A stretch of DNA of 64,000 nucleotides, taken from NCBI RefSeq assembly GCF_009914755.1, contig NC_060935.1. One strand, written 5' to 3'. Under the pieces are notes generated by a model that worked only from the letters and a program-made list of their open reading frames with translations, made no database searches and was not told the origin of the DNA. The position numbers and the translations under genes are program-made. This DNA comes from the human T2T-CHM13v2.0 reference genome, Homo sapiens. Shown one piece after another: positions 52,109 to 64,000 of the stretch (position 1 is the stretch's first letter; every line of letters starts with the position of its first letter).

Positions 52109-53699
52109 TCTAAGTAAATGAAATACCCTAAAACTTACTGACTTAAAAAAAACAGCTGAGAAATTCTGTTTCTTTGAGACATAGTATCCATTGCCTTTGA
52201 GAAAATGGTCTTCTTTTGATGTCATTTAAAAGTCATTATTTTTTCACTGTCTGGATGTGAACATATCCTTAGAAGCCATAAGCAAAAACAAATAAGGAAG
52301 AGATTAGTAAAAGGAGAAGGCTAGTTTTAAAAAAATATGTTGCTTAGACATTTTCCCAAGGATAGTGGTAAAAATTTTATACCAGTAAAGAGCCGAGGTT
52401 CTTGAAAAATTATTTTCTTCTCTCCAATTCATTAAACATTCGAAGTGAAGAGTAATCTTTGGACTTTAAATATCATAAGTCTATTAAATAGTCACTTTTC
52501 CATCATTTTCCATTTTGTGCCATCTCCAAGTATATTTTTTCTCCAAATACTATTTAATGAAGATACTCCTGTTTTCTCCCCCTCCAGATGACGTAGCCAG
52601 CAATTACTTTTTCTTCATTGGTGATAAGCAGACAGGAATATTTATGCATGAGACCTTGGGTAAATGATTTCTCACTGGAGCTCTGGCCTCTTGAGATGTT
52701 CAACTCATTTGTGCCTTTGTGATGTAGAGAATTAGATTGAAGACACTGAGCCTTTGATAGCAGCTCAGTGCTTCCCATTCCTTTATTTATTCAGTTAATG
52801 AGCTGATTAACTATTTATTCAATATACATTTATTCAATGTATTGGCCAATTGTGTTTTCTTTCTTAGAACCTGCAGTTCTACAGATCACAAAGCCAGGCT
52901 CAAACAAGCAAGCTTATAATTTCAAAAGCCTCATGGTAGCAGAATCAATTGGCTTCTTCTTTACATTGTTTGCCTGCTTTAAGTTCCAGACCTGAGAATC
53001 ATCATAAGTTTTTTTAAAGCTCTAATAATGTAAACAGATGTTCAAAAGTCCATACTTTCATGTTTGATTGAGTAACTTCGAGATGTTAAAGTAACTTCAG
53101 ATTTGGGCTGCCCTTTATGTCCTACTTTTCAGCTTTGTCTTATTAGCCTCACAACACAGTTCCACAGACTTTCTTCTCAATGTACTCTCTATACTACACT
53201 GACGTCTTCTAGCAGTCTAACCATTGTTTTTCTTGCCCTGACTCCTTCTCAGCATTGAATAACTTAGCTCACTATTTTTAATACTTTTTTCTCCATAGAA
53301 TGCTTGAAGTTTCTTCGTTTCTTGCAGAGGATTTTTCAGTCTTTTGAATACGTATCTTCTTTCATTTCTCTAAATCGAATTTCTCTTCTTTCGTAAAATT
53401 TTTCTCGAAATGTTCTATCTGCCTAAATTATTCATCATCTTTTCCTCAATTTCTTCCTACCCTTTTTAAAACGATCTTGCAACTCAACAATCACTTTTCA
53501 AGAAGTTTCTTAAGACAAATTTATCCATATATCTATTATTTTGGTATCATGTTTCAACTTTAAATAAAACTTATAATTTTGTATTTATTAGCTAAATATT
53601 TAACTAATATTTAAACTAAATATTTAACTAATATCTCTGTTACAAACTAAATTCTCAGTTCCTTAATGTGCAGACTATGTCAACTTTTTCTTATTATTT

Positions 53700-54760
53700 G
53701 AAACTAACATTTGCACCTCTGATTCCTGACCACTCCTGAGAGCTCAAATTCATGAATACAACTGGCTATTTAATATATTCATCTGAGTGTTTAATCTTAA
53801 AATAAGAATGATGCCAATAAAGTACTTGATTTTCCCCCCAAAATCTATTTTCTGTCCCTTTTCTCCTAATATCATAAAGTGACTCCACCAATAACACAAT
53901 TGCATAAGACAAGTCTTGAGTCATTTTTAAAATTTTTTATTTCTCTCTTTCCTTCCCTTTCCTCTCTCCATCAAATCTTTCATCAATTTCTACGATTTCT
54001 ACCAGAAACACATCCCAGATAGGCCCACTTTTACACATTGCCCGTCTTGGTTTATAATATCATTGTTTCCCTGGCTACTATGATAATTTATTAAATTAAT
54101 AATAATTTAATATTATTACTAGCTAATATCATGATTTATCTGTTTGTCCTCTAAAAAATGTATTATCTCCAGGGAAGCCAAATTGCTTTTCTACAAACAT
54201 CTACTAAATCACACAAACCTTTGTTGAAAAAACTCTTTGATGGTCACTTACCCATTGCTCGTAATGTAAAATACAAATTCTTTATCATAGTCAAAAAGCC
54301 TTGTATAACGTGGCTCACCTGCCTCTTCTATTACATCTTTAGACCACTACTGCCTACACTCCTTAATATTTAGGTATCTTTATCTTCCTCAAAACAAGCT
54401 AAGTACATGCATGTCTCAGGATCTTTGCCCATGGTCTTCTCTGTGCTCCGAATTATCTACCCCAAGTATTTGCACAGCAATTCCTTTCACCATTAACTTT
54501 TGAGTTAAAATGATTACTTCCTCAGGGGGATTTTTCTAATACTGCTCCCCACCTAGATTATCTCATTTCTTCAACCCCCTTAACTAACTTACTCTCATCA
54601 CAGTATACTAGTTTATATTTATACCACTTATTATACACTGAATTTCCATTAGATTCATTAGAGGCTGTAGAAGATTAGGAACCATATCTGTTTTTTGCTC
54701 AAGAATATGAAAAATAAGGGTTAGCATAGAATGGGCACTTATCAAATAATTTTTAATTAA
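53700..54760 (+). mobile_element. Highly diverged L2-like element
   Basis: Pyrimidine-rich sequence resembling the L2 3' region, ending AGATTAGGAACCATATCTGTTTT...GCACTTATCAAATAATTTTTAATT; boundaries uncertain. Confidence 0.5.
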
Positions 54761-55091
54761 TTATTCTATGAAATAAGAGCTATACAATCACAGAGATATA
54801 AAGATAATATGAATGTGAACACTCCTATCAAAGTGTGTGTAAAATCATCTGTGTACACTTAGTCTTTTCTGACCTTTGGCCACCAATTGAGTCATCATAT
54901 ACCAAGTTTGAATGGTTTATAAAACAGATGCTGCTCCAGGGATCTTGCTGACCTTGAATACAACACTCCAATTTCAAACATGATTTCTCTCATTTCCAGC
55001 CTGACTCAGACATATCGTCAAGGATCTGGGATTGATCACAAAAGATTTAATATTCTGTGAATGTAGGTATGTGTTAAAAGTATCTACTTTC

Positions 55092-55431
<340 letters not shown>

Positions 55432-56314
55432 TCAGACTAGCTACAAAGCTTAAAAATCTACTTTCATTCAGGCTTCTTCAGACTAGATACAGAAGAAATG
55501 AGACCATCTAGATGGGGAACAGTATTATCCATGTTGCCACCATAGAGACTATCAGCCTTTTGGGATTACCAGAGCAAAATACATGTTGGAGGATTTTTTA
55601 AAATATGTTTTGAAAGGTAGGATGAAAGAGCATAGTTTTGATAAGGTAAATAAATGAAGATTTAAAGAAAAACAAGATCAATATGTCAGGTGTGCCAGAT
55701 GCTCCACCTGTATTTAAAAAACAAAAAGATTTACAGTTTTCCAAGACATCATGTTGTGTTATGCTATCTGAGAGTCAGTGTATGGTATCTCAGTCTGAGT
55801 TCCCAGCAACCAGAACAATGCCTATAATAAAATAAATAGAGAAGACAAATAGCAGTGAATTTGAGTCTGGAGAAATAAAAGGGTTTTCGTATCCCCTCTG
55901 AGCACTGTCTGGAATGTTGACTTGGAAAGCAAATCTGTGATTATAATAACCAGGTCATTCTTTCAGGAGTCTTTTCTGATGCCCTCTGATTAAAACTGAC
56001 CTACATATGCAGAAATCTCTTGGTTTTTTTTTTTTTCTGTCTTTTCAGAATAATTCCCTGTGTGATTACTTGCTTACTTTAAAATAGGGTAATGACCAAT
56101 AGTCATTGTTCCAAAGACATAGAGAAAGTATATTGTGTTTAAAAGACAGCTTCTTTATAATTCTATAGAACTAAAACATTCCTATTTGCCAAGGCAGTGG
56201 AGTTTTTGCTGTTCTTAGAACATAATTACTGAAAGACACCCACACATGTCCTGCCTTGGACAAAAAATTGTATGTCCATCCTTTAAAGGTCATTCCTTTA
56301 ATGGTCTTTTCTGG

Positions 56315-56333
56315 ACACCACTAGGGGTCAGAA
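56315..56333 (+). promoter_or_regulatory. CTCF motif, probably beta-globin 3'HS1
   Basis: CCACTAGGGGTCAG (56318-56331) matches core CCASYAGRKGGCRS at 13/14; lies ~4 kb beyond the OR51V1 start, where 3'HS1 is expected. Confidence 0.75.
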
Positions 56334-56589
56334 GTAGTTCATCAAACTTTCTTCCCTCCCTACTTCAGTGATGCATAAGGCAGATCTGCTTTAGTGTAAG
56401 CGAGGTCAGGCCCTCAAGAGTCTTGGGATGGCTGAAGAGGTAAGAACATTCTATAAGACTTGTCCAAAGAACTGACTGTTTAATGATTCTGAATATGCTA
56501 GTTCAGAGAGAATCTATTTACCACAAACCTGAAGTAGGCTTAAATTTCCAGTTTACCTGAATGGTTATGACCTAATTAGAGGAATGACT

Positions 56590-56890
56590 TTATAAACATA
56601 TATAGATACAAATATATAGTGTATATTTATTATATACTATATATTTATTATATATTATATAAGCATAAAATGTAATAGATTATTGTATATATTTAATAAC
56701 ATATTACATATTTTAATATATAATATATAAAATGTATTATATTTAATATATAATGCATGTAATATATAAATATACATTATATATTATATATTATGTAATA
56801 AATATATATTATGTATATACACATTTATCTAGACTTTATTACATATTTCATTATATATTTTATAAGATTTCTATAAATAATATTCCCATC
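56590..56890. repeat. Extremely AT-rich (TA)-degenerate low-complexity tract
   Basis: Almost only A and T in TATATT/ATATAA patterns. Confidence 0.85.
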
Positions 56891-57214
56891 ATTACTAAAA
56901 TATTTTTTAAAAATTAGCCATACCTTAGAAGCATTATAAAAAATATATGACATGGTCCATCTGTTCAACTGTAGCCATCTAACCATTTGAGAAGTTTTTA
57001 TAAGATTTATAGCATTTGATTGTACCATGACATAAATCATCTCATGCAAGATAGTGTATTTGTTTTGTTGGCTTTAATATGTTCCCTTTTCTTCAGAAAA
57101 TGTGAGACAGCTTAAAATAAAATTAACTATAAGAAACTGGTAAACACTGAATGAAAGAAGAAAACCAAGCAGAAAAGTAAAAGGAGGTTACAAATAAATT
57201 TATATTTTAAAAAC

Positions 57215-57615
57215 ATTTTTTATTTGCCTGGCAAATAATAAGTGCATATATTAATGGATACAATAATAATATATAATATAAATATATAATATATATAATA
57301 TGTTATGGGATACAATGTGATGTTTGATCTATATATACATTGTAGAGAGAGTCTATCAAGCTAATTAGCATATGAATCACCTTCCAACTTTTTTTGTGGT
57401 GAGAACATAAAATATTTATTTTTTAGCAATTTTTAATTTAAATACATAATATATTATTAACTGTGTTCACTATGCAGTGTGAGAGATCACTAAAACTTAT
57501 TCCTCTAGTCTAACTGAAGATCAACTTCTTTCCCTTCCCATCCCTCCTCTACACTCTCAGTCAGCCTATGGAACCATCTTTCTATTCCCATTTTTATGAA
57601 ATCAACTTTTTAAAA
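57215..57615 (-). mobile_element. L1MA-like 3' UTR fragment
   Basis: GGATACAATGTGATGTTT..ATCAAGCTAATTAGCATAT..GTGGTGAGAACAT..CTTATTCCTCTAGTCTAACTGAA. Confidence 0.7.
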
Positions 57616-60600
57616 AATTCATCCTTAAATATATTAAAATGAACAGTTAAATTTATGAGGATAAATAATTAAAACTATTACACATATTTTAAGTTGTCCT
57701 CTGAAAATTCTAGAATTCTACTTCAATACCCTTATTTTTAAGATAAAGGAAATTGTAAAGGCTTTCTAAGAAATCGAGTACCCATACCTAGGCTGCTAGA
57801 CTCCAGGTCCAATTTTTCTCCAGGGGGTTACTATGGCTTCAGGGAAGCTATCTATAATCACCATCTCCAGAACATCTCTCACTTTCTCATCACCACACAG
57901 TGGAATAAGAATAGTTTTGGCAGCAATAAAAAGTAATGCCATATCAAATTAGTAAAGCCTTCAGAAAAAGTATGAATATTACACAGTTACACTTATATTA
58001 GAACTAAAATTTATTTATTGAAATTCACATTACCATAATTATTTATGTCTGATTAAATGTTATTAAAACTAAAATTTTGAATTTATATACTAGTATTAAT
58101 TTCCAGTTCTATCTTTCTGTTCAAGAAAAGAATGTGAGAAGTAAATTAGTGCCTCAAATTTGCCTACTTCATCCCCAACAGAGGAGATCATGACTATATC
58201 AATAATGGAGCCTGGGCCCAGACAACTGGTTAAGAGAGAGGTCATTCTGACCTCAGAACATAGGAGAGATGGATATTGTACACCACAGAGTCCAGGATGA
58301 CTAGCAGTGAAGGATTCAAATGCCTGGCGAAATCTCCTATACAACCGGAGAGACCCAAGTCCCCAAAGACAAGAAGGGATGATGAAATGGCCTCTGCATG
58401 ACATGACTTGCCTATGAGCCCTCCCATTGCTATAAGGATGGGGATCTTAGCACAGTGCCTTGTGTGAACAGTAATGCTAGCCTTGATTTTACCATGGCAA
58501 GTTTGTTTAGGGAAAAATTCAACCCACCCATTGAAATTCCAACCTCAACCAAATGAGGGATGGCTGGGGATGCAACCACAAAGATACTGTATCTTAGGAG
58601 GGGAGTTTTTTTTTTTTATAGAAACTCGTCAGGATATTATTGCTAGGATGTGTTGTTACTGGGAAAAAAGCTGATGGAATACAAAAGAGTAGACATCCCC
58701 ACAGGGATTATTTGAGGCAATCAGTGACTAACATGACCACTTTGCTTTCTCTATGCAGGTGTCATCTATTGTGATATAGTGCCAGGAGGTTGCCTTTGCT
58801 GTGGCTTTCGACCCTAGATTTTTAAATTGTGTGACAAACCCATCTTTTATTTATGTAAATAAAATGTCCGTGTTTATTGGTTATTGTTATATTGTGAAAT
58901 TGTAGTAGATCTAAAATTGTAATTTCTTGGATTCCTAGAATTTCTAAATCTGTGGATTTTTAGAATTCTCTAGAGGTGACAAAGGTTTATTATCTAAGCT
59001 ACCGGAGCTATGTACTTTTGGATATAAGAGTGTCTCCATCTCCATTGCCTTACAAATCAGGTGTGAGCCAGGCATGTCTCTCAGACTGGAAAAGGTAACT
59101 AATCAGAAGGAACCATTGTCCTAGAATGGGGCAAGTGTACAATACCCAGAAAGACCACTGGTGCCGTAGCATATAACATATTCACTCAATCCTTCATACC
59201 CTTTGTATCGTTTTTTTTCTGTTTTATTTATTTTATTTATTTATTAGAGATCATAGTGTGTGCAACACCTATGTCCAGGTTCTGTGGTAAACGTCAGCGT
59301 GGAGAAATTAGTAGCTATTAGATCATAAAAAGGTGAGGCATAATCATATTTGTCTTTGAGAAGCTGACTGTGGCTATAGGTGAAGAAAAAAATTATAATT
59401 TTAGTTTTATTATTAATATCACCATGATCATCATGATAAAAAGTTAATATTTACTGGGAACTTATTTGGTTTGTCATTTTTCGAAGGAATTTATGTTAAT
59501 TTACTCACTATAAGAAATTTATAAAGTAGATTCCATTATAGCTCTTAATTTATTATTGAGGAATGTAAGGCATAGAGAAGTAACTTATCCTCAAAACAAA
59601 GCTATTAACTTATGGACCTGAGAGTAGAGCCCGGGCTGTCTCATGCCAGAACCTATTATCCCATGTTGCAAGACACAAATAGGAAAATAGAACCGGTTAG
59701 AAGTTATTGAAGGGCATGAAATAATAGTGGTTTGAAATTTGAGTAGAGTAGGACCAAGAAAATGCATATTTCAGGGAATACCTGAGAGGAAAAAAAAAAA
59801 CTATGAAGGAACGCAGTAATTAGCTCCTTAGCTGAAAGAATGATCTTCTGGTCAGTGAGATCTTTTCAAATCTTGGTTTTGTCATTTCTTAGGTATATAA
59901 TTTTTAGCTCAACACTTAGCTGCACAATTTTTAAAAATATTGTTGGTATGATGATAATATATAAAAACGGCTCATTATCTGCCACTCAAAAGCTATCAGT
60001 ATTTATGATAATAATTCTAGTTGTGAGAAATTGATTATTAAATATATATAAGGGATAGAAGAGAGTGGAGAGTAAAGGCAAAAATGATTGACAAAATTTT
60101 GTCTTGGAAATCTGAGTGAACCATTCATCAAGTTTGGAAGCATTAGAGGAAACTGAAAGAAGTGGAGGATAATTTACTATCTTTTCAACTCGCTGAGTTT
60201 AAGAGGTCCATAGGTCATATAAGTGGAGGTGACCTGTAAGCTATTGTAACATTTTTTTTTCATGTCCCAAAATGTTAATGTATCCCTAACAGAGAGCAAT
60301 GAAGTTCTTTTTAGTGGAGTTTCTCTTTCTTGACATAGTACCATGTAGTGAAGACACTGCTGACTTTGGAATTGAAAGAATCTTAGCTCAGCTACTTACT
60401 AGCTGAGTAGCTACAACACCTTAATGCCCATCCCAAGACAGTGTGTGTAAAAGACGAATAACAACATCTCAGGAAGCACAGGATGTACCAGAGAGCACCA
60501 TCTTTTCATGTTGCTTTCCTAGGCTTTTTATTTCCCTCCTCTAGGTATTTCTGTTATTTTCCTTTTTTCATTATTTCTTCCCTCTTCTTCAGGAAGTTAA

Positions 60601-60759
60601 GACAGTCTACCTAGATTTAGAAGCAAATGTTTATATAGTGGTGAAATTTAAAGCCTAATTGACTAAAGCCATTTAAGAATGTAATATCTCAGTTAGTATG
60701 CACTTCTTGAAATGCAAAGAAATGGTCTGACTTTTTTCCATTGTTTAGTTTCTAAATTT

Positions 60760-61320
60760 AGTTTTTATTTTAATATTTTAAGTACAGCATGCATATATAA
60801 AAGTACACAAATTATACATGCACAGCTGAATTAACTTTTGGAAGGTGAACACACCCATGTAACAACTAATAAGATAGGAAATTAAAGAGTAAACATATGC
60901 TCACTCTTTATCATTCCACTAATTGTCTCCAAAGTTAATAATTATCCTGATATAATTCATTTTTATCACGATTGACTCATGTCCCTTTTTTTAAAAGTGT
61001 GTATACATTGAATTATACTGTGTTGCTTATGTCTGACTTTATTCAATATTATGTTTGTGAATTGCATTCATACTAGTGTATGACTGTAGTTGATTTTTCA
61101 TTTCTGAATGTCATTCTATTTTATGTATATACCACAATATATTTATTGACTCCACAGTTGATAGATATTTGAGTACCTTCTAGCTTTTGGCTATAATATA
61201 AATTGCTGCTATGAAGATTCTTATATATTTTTGTATATATATTCTGTAAATTGCTAGGTCATAAAATATGCATATGTTCAACTTTAAAATACACTGCCAA
61301 CCTGTTTACCTCCCCACTAT
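60760..61320 (-). mobile_element. Old L1 (L1ME-like) 3' fragment
   Basis: AAAGTACACAAATTATA..GTGAACACACCCATGTAAC..ATATACCACAAT..TTGCTGCTATGAAGATTCTT. Confidence 0.6.
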
Positions 61321-62116
61321 AATTTAATGTCATTTGGTCAACCTATAATATCATAGATGTTTTCTCTTATAGCAGCCTGCATGTGCCCAGATTTTGAATT
61401 TATCCTTTGTATATTTACATTTAGTTCTGTATTATTACAATTAGTTCGTAGACCTGTTATTATTATTCTCATTTGTAGTTGAAGAAATTGCACTCCAGCA
61501 AGTTTAAATTGCTCCTGGCTACATCCCAGAAAAACAATAATAAATGAAAATACTTTTTGCCCCTACTTGACTAGGAATTGTATAAAGAGAACAGTTATTC
61601 TTCTAGTGGGAAGCAAGCTGGCCTCAACTGGAACAGAATGAGAGAAATGCAAGACATCTAATAATCCAACAGTCCCACACCCCACTAAATGTACTTTTTC
61701 CTTTTCCCCATGGAGTCAAGGCTATCTAAACTTCCTTTAAGTGCACAAGCTAATATGGTAGGGAAATATAAAGCCTAATCCTGCCATCCAGAATGAGCAA
61801 GTGGATGGGGAAAAGGGAAGGGAAAAAGGAGCAGAATCTGCCAAGTCTGACCTAATGCCCTCTGTTTCTCCCACTTGCTCTGCAGGATGGCTTAGCAGCT
61901 CCCAGCTCAGGGCCTATCAGAGGCTGAGAAGGTCGGCCCTCTGATGCATTTTATTCCTTCACTAACAAAGCAAACCCAGCTTTACTTCTACCCTCTCCTC
62001 TATGCACTCTCTTGGGGCACTTCCTAATCTCGTTAGTACCTTTTGAATTAGTTTTCAAGATAGGACTTGAGTTCCTCGAAGGATTAGAAAATAACAGTAA
62101 CAGTTCATGTTGTCTG

Positions 62117-62403
<287 letters not shown>

Positions 62404-62774
62404 GAGAGCTAGAAAGAAAGAAATTAACAATTCAGGTTGTCAGAAGTAACTGAATGTCTTTAACAAATAGGAGCCATAGGACTAAATTGCTCACATTATT
62501 TTGAGGGCAAAAATTACATTGTCATTATTTTTTACCTCCAACATATATACAGTTTTTATATTTACTATATAGGAACACAATAAATGCTTGTTGCATAAAA
62601 TCAAATTACAAAGAAGGACAGAGAATCATTAAATTACTTTCATAATGCGCATAAAACAACATTTTGTTAGACTTAAAAACAAGCTGATTATAACTATAAA
62701 AAGATATGTGACTAATAGGTGGAAAGAGGAGCAAGGAAGAATAAAATGGGAGGAAAGAACTGCTAAAGACTCAC

Positions 62775-64000
62775 GATGGTTTGTTACATAGCTAAACACA
62801 TGTCATGGGTTTGTCGTACAGATTATTTCATCTCCCAGTACTCAATAGTTACTTTTTCTGCTCTTCTCCCCGTTCCCACCCTCCAAACTCAATTAGGCTG
62901 CAGTGTCTTTTGTTCCCGTTATGTGTGCATGTTTTCTCATCATTTAGTTCCTACTTGTAAGTGATAATATGTAGTATTTGGTTTTCTGTTCTTACATTAG
63001 TTTGTTAAGGATAATGGTGTCCGGCTCCATCCATGTTCCTGCAAAGGACATGATCTCATTCTTTTTTATGGCCACATAGTATTCCATGGTGTATATGTAC
63101 ATGTTCTTTATCGGTATACCACTAATGGGCCTTCAGGTTGATTCTATGTCTTTGCTATTGTGATTATGCTGCAATGGACACAGGTGTGCATGTGTCTTTG
63201 TGATAGAATGGTTTATTTTCCTTTAGGTATATACTCAATAATAGGATTGTTGGGTTAAATGGTATTTCTGTTTTTAGGTCTTTAGGGAATTGCCACACTG
63301 CTGTCTACAATGGTCGAACTAATTTATATTGCGACCAATGGTGTATAAACATTCCCTTTTCTCCACAACCTTACCCACATCTGTTATTTTTTGACTATTT
63401 AATTATAGATATTTTAAGTGATGTGAGATAGTATCTCATTTTGGGTTTGATTGGCATTTCTCTAATGATCAGTGACACTGAGCTTTTTTCACATGCTTGG
63501 TGGCCACATGTATGTCTTCTTTTGAATACTGTCTGTTCATGTCCTTTACCCATTTTTTGTGGCATTGTTTGTTTTGTTCTTGTAGATTCATTTAAGTTCC
63601 TTATAGATTCTGAATATTAGGCCTTTGTTGGATGCATAGTTTGCAAAAATTTTCTCCCATTCTATAGGTTGTTTACTCAGTTGATAGTTTCTTTTGCTGT
63701 GCAGAAACTTTATTTTAATTAGATCCTATTTGTCAATTTTTGCTTTTGCTGCAATGACTCTTGGCATCTTTGTCATGAAATCTTTGCCCCTGCTTATGTC
63801 CGGAATGGTATTGCCTAGGTTGCTTTCAAGCATTTTTATAGTTTGGGTTTTGCATTTAAGTCTCTAATCCATCTTGAGTTTATTTGTGTATATGATATAG
63901 AACGGGGTCTGGTTTCAATCTTCTACATACGGTTAGTCAGTTATCCCAACACCACTTGTTGAATAGGGTGTCTTTTCCTCATTGCTTGTTTTTATCAGCT
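62775..64000 (-). mobile_element. Older primate L1 (L1PA/L1PB) 3' end, runs off the window
   Basis: Antisense L1 3' UTR and ORF2 C-terminal sequence (TCCATCCATGTTCCTGCAAAGGACATGATCTCATT). Confidence 0.9.

Noticed and set aside
58060-58920. Possible ancient LTR or unannotated exon
   Set aside because: Has an AATAAA and LTR-like composition, but I cannot identify termini, a TSD or a family; needs a Dfam search

Overview
AT-rich, CpG-depleted, repeat-dense primate (almost certainly human) DNA. It carries four class I olfactory receptor loci, all on the - strand: intact OR52A1 (2774-3712), pseudogene OR51A1P (21708-22661), disrupted OR52Z1P (29038-29993) and intact OR51V1 (51088-52053). From gene order and protein sequence (recognised from memory, not by search) this is the 11p15.4 OR cluster 3' of the beta-globin locus, and the CTCF motif at ~56318 would then be 3'HS1. 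Mobile elements include a complete 5.8-kb HERV-H provirus nested in an old L1, a twin-primed L1PA with a 5' inversion, a full MSTA MaLR with a nested THE1 LTR, an LTR12, Alus, MITEs and STRs. I found no new protein-coding system. The most striking signals are structural or regulatory: (1) a perfect 160-bp palindrome (45731-45890) whose origin can be read from the sequence as a fold-back at the 5' junction of a short L1 insertion with an 18-bp TSD; (2) a 42-bp-periodic array of six AGATAA sites in the HERV-H leader; (3) an unexplained ~90-bp inverted repeat pair upstream of OR52A1; (4) two OR pseudogenes whose frame-breaking lesions all lie in the first ~30 codons. Repeat subfamily names are by-eye calls and need RepeatMasker/Dfam confirmation.
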